A DNA stretch of 59,532 nt, filler included, from Sphacelaria rigidula (lineage: Eukaryota): the NCBI GenBank assembly GCA_964200075.2. It is 7 parts of 7 records of this genome, joined end to end, with 100 filler letters (N's around TTAATTAATTAA, not from the genome) between each part and the next. Parts side by side here need not be neighbours in the genome. Positions count along the whole stretch, not along the records: positions 51,115 to 59,532 come from CAXNAA020011210.1; 6 more parts are not named here. One strand, 5' to 3'. The notes under the pieces are model-generated. The model worked only from the letters and a program-made list of their open reading frames with translations, was not told where the DNA came from and searched no databases. The position numbers and the translations under genes are program-made. Shown here piece after piece: positions 51,470-59,532 of the stretch (positions within the stretch are counted from its first letter, which is position 1; each line of letters begins with the position of its first letter).

Positions 51470-54400
51470 CTCGATGCCCCACTGCATTCCGAAATACTCG
51501 TTTCCGATACAGCCCTCCTCGCACATCTGCTCTCGTTCCGGTGACGAAAAGGCAAGACAGGGTGGGGGAGACGTGTGTAGGGTTAGGTATGAAAACCGTC
51601 AGAGCCTCGACGCATTTGGCCGATGTCTGGTTGGAGCACGTTTCGGTTGAGACCCAATATTGTCGAAGAAGTATTTTCTTGGAGAAATCCTGAAAGTTTG
51701 GATATCTCCAGACGGCCAGTTCTTCTCAAGTTCTGCCATTGCCGCTAAATCGTTAATCACGGACACAACAGTTGCAATCTCGTCGTTGGCCTGACGCCAC
51801 CACTCCGCCAGTTCACGGCGAATCTTACTCTCCGATACGGCCCCAGAGTATCATCGGCGGGGTTTCTGACGAGTCTCGGACACTCGCAAGCGCCACGATG
51901 TACACGCGGGGCAACTCTCCGAAGTGCTGCGTCGCAAGAAGCAGCCCTAGCATCCTGACCCAAACATTATACACCAATGTGTCCTTTACATGCGCATGAG
52001 AGCAGTGTCGAACCAAACAATATATACCACCACAGCGACTATCACCATCACCCCCACCCCCACTGCCACCAACGATCCACATCACCAGGTGCGCGCCGCA
52101 ATCACCAATGACACTCGACAACCCCCACCTCGAACGATCAGCTACGCCCATTTCGTCCCTCGCCGCTCCCTTGCATACGCACCTCGGCAGTCATCTTATC
52201 GTCGACTGTGAGCTTCGTCATGATACGATCTGTGTCGCTATCGGAGAAGCATCCAAGCAGCGTCGATCCCTCGGGCGTCATGTCGTCAAAACTATCGTCA
52301 TCGGTGGGCGCAATCACCGGCTGTTCGGTCTCCATGGGACTAGGTGCGGGGTTGCTGCCTGGGGTTTTGAGAGAATCAAGCAATTCAGTGTGATTTGTGA
52401 GCCGGGGTGCGCCGAACACCGGACAAGTGAGCGTGCTCTGTTTTTTTTTGCGCTATTGGGTCGCACAGAAACGTTCAACAGGAACATATCACGATGTGTT
52501 GAGGTCTCAAACACGAGTCATGCTACGGTAGGGTGTGTGTGTATGATGCCACGAAAAGTATGGCTCATGGGGCTCATAGACGTGTCAGACGATCTGACAC
52601 ACTCGCGATGCGCTTGTACTTGGGTGAACCCGGTGTCAAGCGGTATGAGTGGGTGTTATTTTTCGGTAACAAGCGCGTTCGAACAACCGTTGCTGCTTCT
52701 AACAACGATTTGAAGGGAAATTTCGTCAAAACAAAAGGCCCAAAATACCCCCCCCCCCCTCCCCTTATTGTAGCATGACTCATACACAGCATAGAAGGCT
52801 AAAAATGTAGCCCTAATTTGGGCGATCACTCACATTTGTCACACCTTATGGTGGCTGCTTGTTTTGCTTATAGAGATCATTATTCTAAATACAGAAACAT
52901 CACAGGGGCGCCGATGAGTCCCTTACCGCCCACAAGAGAGATGTCGGAGCATTGCCAGAACTCCTCGGGGTAGGTCCCACCTGTTCCGCATACCACCCGT
53001 TTGTTCGTGAGCACCCACTGGTCTTTGTTCGGCGCGCAAGAGCTTGGCCACGAGGGAGGGTTGAACTCTTCGTAGCCGACGTGCTTGCAATTGTTGGCGG
53101 CGTCTGCGATGAACCGAAGCGCGCGAGGATGGGTGCCCGAGTCAAACGACGCGTCCACGGGAAAGAGGGGAGCAGGGATTGCGCGGGCGCTTTCGGCGCT
53201 CACTTTTATCTCGGCCCTACGTTGCTATCGCGGGAACTTTCAGGACACACAACACCTACAATTCAGCAACGATCGATGCTTATCGATCTCCACGACTTAG
53301 CATTTCCTGGCACAAGTCACAAGAGTGCTCGGTAACACGTGGCCACCTGAAAATACCCGCTGTTACTGAGCACAGCACCCTCGCACGTTCATGTATCTCC
53401 CAAAAGCTTAGATCATGATATTCAATGTCTCAATTCTTCAAACACTTTTACGTCAATAACCCAGTAGGGAACCTGGAGTAGCACAGAACCACCACATCTC
53501 ACCCCCCGCCCCAACTCCTTCTTTGATCGGGGTCAAACCAACAGTCGAGGTAGACACTCCATGCCTTTTCCTGGGAGACTCGTGTAAACACTCACAATAG
53601 ATCATCTGGAGGACACAGTGCTCGCAGGTGATGTCGGGAAGCCGGTACCGCATGTTCATCACCTGGCCCTCCTCTGCACCCTCAGGCTTGGACTGATCCA
53701 CCTCATTCTCCCGGCACTCGGCGTCCACGTAGTAGCGGCCAGGGAAAGCTGGATCGATAGGGCTATTGTTATCGTCACCGTCGGCACGAGTGAGTGGGTA
53801 CCTGTTGAGACAGCTTTGAGTCACTACATCCTTTGGGTCATCCATATCCTCAGTGTTGCAGAGGAAAAATTCGAAGTGACCCTGAACGTGCGTATGCCAA
53901 GTATATTCCGCGAGAGGGGGCGGGGGGTGGAGAGTTGGGGGTGCAACGACTTTGCATGCGGGATGTATGGGATGTGGATGTGTGATACCAGGGTGCCGAG
54001 GTTAAGAATGTCCTACGATCGAGTTGGGGGTCGTGCATAGCTCACTGTCCATCTACACCGTGTGGATTGCATGGTGCCGTAAATATAAATGAGTTGCGAA
54101 GCAGACCGAGGTTTACATACGAACACGTTGTCGCCATTCATTGTGAAAAACGTTCGACACTAAATTTTGTTGGTTTGATACTAGGTCAGGTTGAGATCTG
54201 GTCGTAAATTTGTTCATCGGTCAAGCCTTGCTTTTTCACAAACGTGTGGCGTGTTCGAAGCATTCAATCGCCTTGCGTTTGCGAAAAAGGGGAAAAATGG
54301 ACAAAACCGAAAATATACGGAACCAGACATCGGCGGGGTTAGCCTCGCTGCTCACCCAGTGATGAAATCTCATGACGGCCTTGATGTCTATGATGGATCC

Positions 54401-56847
54401 TGCCTCGAAAGTTTCGAGGACGGGCCACTCGATGTTCGGTGTGCTGTACGTGTTCGAGCCTTCGTCAGAAACCTGACAAAAAGTGTGATTCATGGAAATT
54501 GTAGCATCGTCCAACGGAAACAAATGGGATGTGGGGCATCAACAGACTGCTATCTACCCTCAGAGGTAGAAGGATGCAATACCTCGCTTTCCCCCCATTC
54601 CGACCGTTCGGAGGGGGGAACGTACTCGTTTGTTGCTTGCCTTGGTCGTTTGACCGTCGAACATGCATACCTGTCGACACGGAGCACCATTAGAATTAAG
54701 GGGGGCGTACTCATTTGTTGCTTGCCTTAGTCGTTTGACCATTGACCACGCATCCCTTTCGAGACGGAGCACTTTGAATTAAGGAGGGGGGGGGGGGGTA
54801 TGTACGCCCTTGACGTCCACCCCGAAGTACTAGACAGCGGGATCGTATACTCAGTGACTTCCTTGACTCGACAGCCGTGCAAGCGAATCGTCATTTTCAT
54901 ATGCGCTCTAACTCGAGCAAATCAGTAACAAGAATACTGCTTTGACTGTACTCGAGGCGTTTTTCATTACAATGCAAAAATACCACGGGCGACAGTCACA
55001 GCCGCACTGAAATACCTGCTTAGGGTCACCGCAGATTCCCGCCCTTTTCGAAAGTTCCTCGCTCTGGTAGTAGTTCCCGTTGGGGTGAACTTCGTCTTTC
55101 TCGTACGCCACGTAGGAGGGCCATTCGTCACCCCCACCGTAGTCGGCCAAGACGGCCGGATTTGTGTTTTTCTTCGCACGTGCCCTGATCGAATCTTGCC
55201 CTGAGAAAATAGTCAAGGGGGAACATATCGTCCGACGAGTTGCATATCTTTCAGAACTGGAAGCACCGAGTCCCCCAAATCGGTGATAAATCCCTCAAAC
55301 ACGGGGAGCAGGGGTTGGAGGGGGGTGCTATAATCATTGGACATGAAAATTGCCCTTCTGGAGTATACTCTTCATGGGCAACAATAGAGTATCCTTATAC
55401 CACTCGAATTCAGATTTGATCATGTGCATAAGCGTGCGAAGAGCACGTAGTAGTGGTTCATCGCTGTTGCAGAGGACCTCGAAGGAGCACAAACAGAAGA
55501 CAAGGCATCAATATTGTTGACGTCTGTGAATCGGCGAATGTACGGAGAGACGGCCGAGGTACATGAACCCCGGCTACCGACCACAGCAGAATAAGAGTGC
55601 ATGTACAAAGCACGAGAATTTTCTCAGCTTGTTGTCCGACATCTCGCATTCATAGCAGATTAGCCCACCAAAGAGGTACGCTACAACATGGGGGTTATCA
55701 TGTTGCGTGCATTTTTAGGAGGAGCCGTTTTACCCTCGAGCTGCATGTCTCGACAGAACAATATGAAAACCTAGGCTTTGCCTCACCACTGCACTACGCG
55801 GTGCTACATTAGAGCGCTTCCCGACAAGTACAAGACGAGTCAATACAGTCGCAGCAGTGCAACTGGCTCTTCACACCTTTGGCGTTGTAGAAGCTCGGCT
55901 GGTACTCGAACGTGCGGTCGTTTTTTCCATTCCTGAGAAGGTAGAGAGGAATTGCCATGCATGCGCGCAGCGACACACCGGAGAGGGGGGGGGGATCATC
56001 AAACACCACACCGACATGCAACATCATCGGTCGAAAAAACAGTCGAAACCTGCACATGCCTCTTGTACGGGCAATGTTGCGCCTGCTGCACGGAGATATG
56101 GATCTAGAACCTTCAGGGCAACTCATTGTCAGCATAGTATGTATCTGTATATTGAGATTTCCAATCTCACCACACCCTGCTCGTCACGCAGGGAACTTGA
56201 CACACAATTAGTTCAGGATGCATGCGTCATAAAGATTTGCAACACACATGACATCGACCTATATATATATTTTTTTTCCTTGATGGAAGGAGGAAACCCA
56301 ACCCAACACTTACCTCGCTGGCGACCGAAACGATCGCAAGCGAGTTCGTGTGCCGATTACCCGAAGGCTCGGCTAGACCACCTTTCGGCGATCATGTGTG
56401 ACATCGACCTATGGTAGTGCGTAATTACGAGGTGTCTATCATCGGAAAGAAACACGGTCATTTTGTGCCTATCTAGTTCACACATATGCCCAGCGTAGGT
56501 CCGCACACATTCAAGGTTCTTTTCGTGCTAGGCTCTGAGCCACAGCGTTCACTCAAGTGATTTAAAGATCCTCTCAGTCATTCAGAGAACACAAGGACAA
56601 CTGTACTGTACTGCGTAGTAGCCTCAACGACTCCTGCACTATATTTTGCACGCGGAAATCACAACAGCCAGACACAGCTGGTATCAAACCGCCACAACTG
56701 AACTCACACGTTGGCAAACACTTTGGAGTTGTAGACGGCGCGGCTGGGGGGATACAGACAATAGGCGTGGCCCTCCGTGCCTTGCATGAAGGACACGAAC
56801 GCCATTGTCGTACCCGCGAGCGCCACGATTGCTGCAGGTCCAATCAT
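51470..56847 (-). CDS. Secreted lytic polysaccharide monooxygenase (AA15/AA10-like, chitin-binding type-4 fold) fused to a WSC domain, 3'-truncated by contig end; exons 56847-56708, 55932-55877, 55200-55016, 54472-54356, 53881-53596, 53103-52927, 52358-52183, 51526-51470
   Basis: All eight exons join in phase. Signal-peptide-like N-terminus ...QGTEG|HAYCLYPPSR (His1), then GICGDP, HHWGHFEFFLC (second His), YRLPDITCEHCVLQMIY, PEEFWQCSDI. A P/T/D linker follows, then LGCFSD..R.M..MTAEMCEEGC..NEYFGMQWGIE (WSC). Confidence 0.88.
52515..52781. mobile_element. MITE, GAGTCATGCTAC TIR family (copy 3), intronic
   Basis: GAGTCATGCTACGGTAGGG ... CCCCTTATTGTAGCATGACTC. Confidence 0.75.
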
Positions 56848-57408
56848 TCTGCTCGAAACCGTTCTTCCCAACGTGGAAGACAAGGTTAGGAAGAGGGAAG
56901 GGACGTGCGATGACAGAAATAGGGAGGGAGTGTAACGATAGCAAGGTAGTGTTATTGATGGAGGGGTAATCGGCAGGTATTTTAGCGGGCGCACTATATT
57001 TGCCGCACACGCGCACGCAATATACGCAGTTCATCCATATTAATGACCGATGTATATACCATATTACATGGTATAATAGTCCGTTGTATCAGGGGGCAGC
57101 GAAAAACAGTTCTGGACACATAGGCCCCAAGATCGGAAATTTGGGTTTTCGAGAGGGGCGTACTCATTTGTTGCTTTCCTTAGTCGTTTGACCATTGACC
57201 ACGCACCCCTTTCGAGACGGGGGAGGGGGGGGCACCCAGCCGTGTGTACCCTGGTTTATTGCCGAGACGTTGGCGGATGCGGTCAGTTGCCGTGGACAGT
57301 AGAGATCCTTAAATGTACATATCTATATTAGATGTTATATATATATATATGCTTCTGCTACTTGATATATACTGCTACTTGATATATACTATGTAATATA
57401 CGCATATT

Positions 57409-57764
57409 AAGGAGCAGAAGCAAATATATATACCCCGCAAAGCTCTCAAGACTGTTCGAATTTTGTCAATATTTATTGATCTGTTTATTGCAACAAAGTT
57501 AACGGGAAAATATGCAAAAAATCAGGACAATTTTCGAAAAAATGCCCTCCGGCATCTTAGACCATCAGGACAGAGCGGGTAAGGAGCAGAAGCGTATATA
57601 CAAACCCCACCAGATTCTTCGGTTTTTGTCAGTGTTCATTGATCAGTTTCTTGCAACAAAATAATTAACAGAAAAATACCCGAAAAATGATAAAAACTTC
57701 CGAAAAAATGCCCTTAGGCATCTGATGTCATCGGGACAGAGCGGGCAAGGAGCAAAAGTAGATA
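57409..57764. repeat. Tandem repeat, ~170-bp unit (two copies plus the start of a third)
   Basis: AAGGAGCAGAAGC...TTGATC.GTTT.TTGCAACAAA...CGAAAAAATGCCCT..GGCATCT...GGACAGAGCGGG repeated. Confidence 0.8.
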
Positions 57765-58598
57765 CAGTGGGGGACTCTCAGTAGTGCCGGTATGTGCCCA
57801 CCACGGACACCGGCACTACTCAGAGAGCCCGGCACTACTCTGAAAAGTGCCAAAACAGGTGCAAGTGAGGGCTCTGAATACCTCAGTAGTGCCGGTTCTG
57901 GCACTACTGACGACCGTCCGTTCGTACAGTGCTACGCTTGCCCTTCGTGGGACCAACGGAAGCACAAAACGGACGAGGACCTTTGTTTCAAGGGGTTTCG
58001 ATAGGATACGTCACGTAAGGTTTCGGGGTAGCAGAACTCAACCCGATGTTTTTTTGTTTTTCACATTCAACTTGATTGATCCTGTTCACAGGTTGATCAT
58101 TTCCTTCCCTACTACCACAACAGCAGCAGTACGGGCACAAAAGTTGCTCATGCCGAAAGACCTTCCCGACAAGAAAAGCAAGGACACATCTGCACCCAAC
58201 GCCACCATGAAGGTGCGGCCCCACCGCAACCGTGGAGCCTCCCGCCACATGTCCCCTGGAAACCGTGGCCATGACGGCCTTCTGGCGTCGTGGCCTGCAC
58301 CAGGCATAGTTCACCTTCTGCACAAGGCATGTTGTGTCGCTACGTTGCAAGGTCTGCGCCAGCACGTGCCCTGCTGTAACCCTACTGGTGCTTGGTTGGT
58401 AGGGGATAAGGTGTGCGTGAGTGTGTCCGGAGCCGGCACTGTTGAGGGTACAAAACCGTTCAAACCGGCACTACTGAGGGTCATCTGTCAGTAGTGTCGG
58501 GCGGCACTACTGCGAGCTCTGGCTGTGCCCGGAGATTTTACCGGCATTAAATAAGTCGTTGGCACTATACAACCGGCACTACTGAGAGCCCCCCACTG
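57765..58598. mobile_element. Tc1/mariner-type non-autonomous DNA transposon (TA TSD)
   Basis: TA|CAGTGGGGGACTCTCAGTAGTGCCGGT ... ACCGGCACTACTGAGAGCCCCCCACTG|TA, with several subterminal CCGGCACTACT motifs at both ends. Confidence 0.88.
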
Positions 58599-59254
58599 TA
58601 CGTACACGGAAAAAATAAAAATCAGCCCTGTACCTGTACACGCCAAAACTGTCTGGCTGCTGGCAACAAAATTTCTACTCTCGATCGCCAGATGATTGCC
58701 CTATATATTGCGATCAAAACAATTAGTTGAAAGAACGTTGATATGTTCGGAGAATGGCAAAGTATCAACACTGAAAGACTGCTGTACGCATTGAGGGATT
58801 GATTGGTCGATTGACTGAATCTCGCACGTTGACATCATCTTGTCCGCTAGGAATCCGGGCATGGTCATTAGATATACATACGTTTATTCCAGGTGCAGTA
58901 GAGAGACGGAAGCAACCGCGAGCCAACAGAATGGAGGAGGAAACAGATTGACCTGAAACCAAGCCAGCAAAAAAACAAAAGAAGATGGGAGAGAAGAGAG
59001 GAGAAGAGAAGAAAAAGAGAAGAGAAATCAACAGAGAAAACGAACAGAAAAAAAGAAAGCAAGAACCCTAGCAACACTCCAGACAGGAGATCCAGACCGG
59101 CCGGCCCCTCCCCCATTGCTTCACGTACGAGTAAGGGAGCCGTGAAAAACCAAGCTTGTGGAAGTAGGTTGAAACTCAGCTGTCCAGGTTCCGCACTATT
59201 CGGGCGGGAACTCAGGAGCTCACACCCTCCGGCTCTGCGGGAACGTACACATAC

Positions 59255-59362
59255 CTTGGAATGTACTGCCCCAGTCGGATTGCTCGGATTGCAAAAAATA
59301 AGCATACGGGTGCGGTCCGATAAAGCAGATCGCAGCCGCTCCGGTGTCAGCAAGAATCCTTC
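59255..59362 (-). CDS. Internal exon of a class I/II PLP aminotransferase (aspartate/prephenate aminotransferase-like)
   Basis: AG|EGFLLTPERLRSALSDRTRMLIFCNPSNPTGAVHSK|GT is 108 nt, phase 0. NPSNPTG is the fold-type-I aminotransferase signature. Confidence 0.8.
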
Positions 59363-59532
59363 CTGAGCCAACAAACAAGAGACGAGGGAATAAGACAAGG
59401 ACAAGCGATTGACATCTGACGCAATTTCGAGTCGTAGCCATGTTTCTGCATGCCGTAGTCACATACTTCGCATCCCTACAAAGCCGGGACGGAGCACGCC
59501 GGGTTCTCGCCGGACCAGGCTCGCACTCAATC

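Noticed and set aside
49999-51526. Joining the LPMO-WSC gene to the exons at 50517-49999
   Set aside because: They are separated by an artificial spacer, and those exons do not continue the WSC pattern (CxCG expected).

Overview
Eukaryotic, intron-rich, repeat-rich DNA that looks like a brown alga (Phaeophyceae, Ectocarpus-like). That assignment is inferred from gene content and repeat style, not proven. The window is NOT one locus. It is seven segments of 8,419/8,418 bp joined by identical 100-bp spacers (44 N + TTAATTAATTAA + 44 N), i.e. length-sorted unplaced contigs concatenated together, so nothing is linked across spacers. Spliced genes rebuilt by hand with phase-consistent GT-AG junctions: a partial RBM28/Nop4-like RRM gene, a long-HPF/PSRP1 ribosome hibernation factor, the 3' end of a MECR-like MDR reductase, an apparently complete two-exon NELF-A-like gene, an unidentified multi-exon gene, a secreted His-brace LPMO (AA15/AA10-like) fused to a WSC domain, and one class I/II aminotransferase exon. 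There is also an intronless ankyrin-repeat gene. The rest is an RTE-type LINE remnant, several MITE families, a tRNA-derived SINE, foldbacks, G-tract-bounded short repeats and microsatellites. The most notable items are the NELF-A candidate in a probable stramenopile and the LPMO-WSC fusion. No CRISPR array or bona fide tRNA/rRNA gene was found. All family assignments come from motif recognition without database searches.
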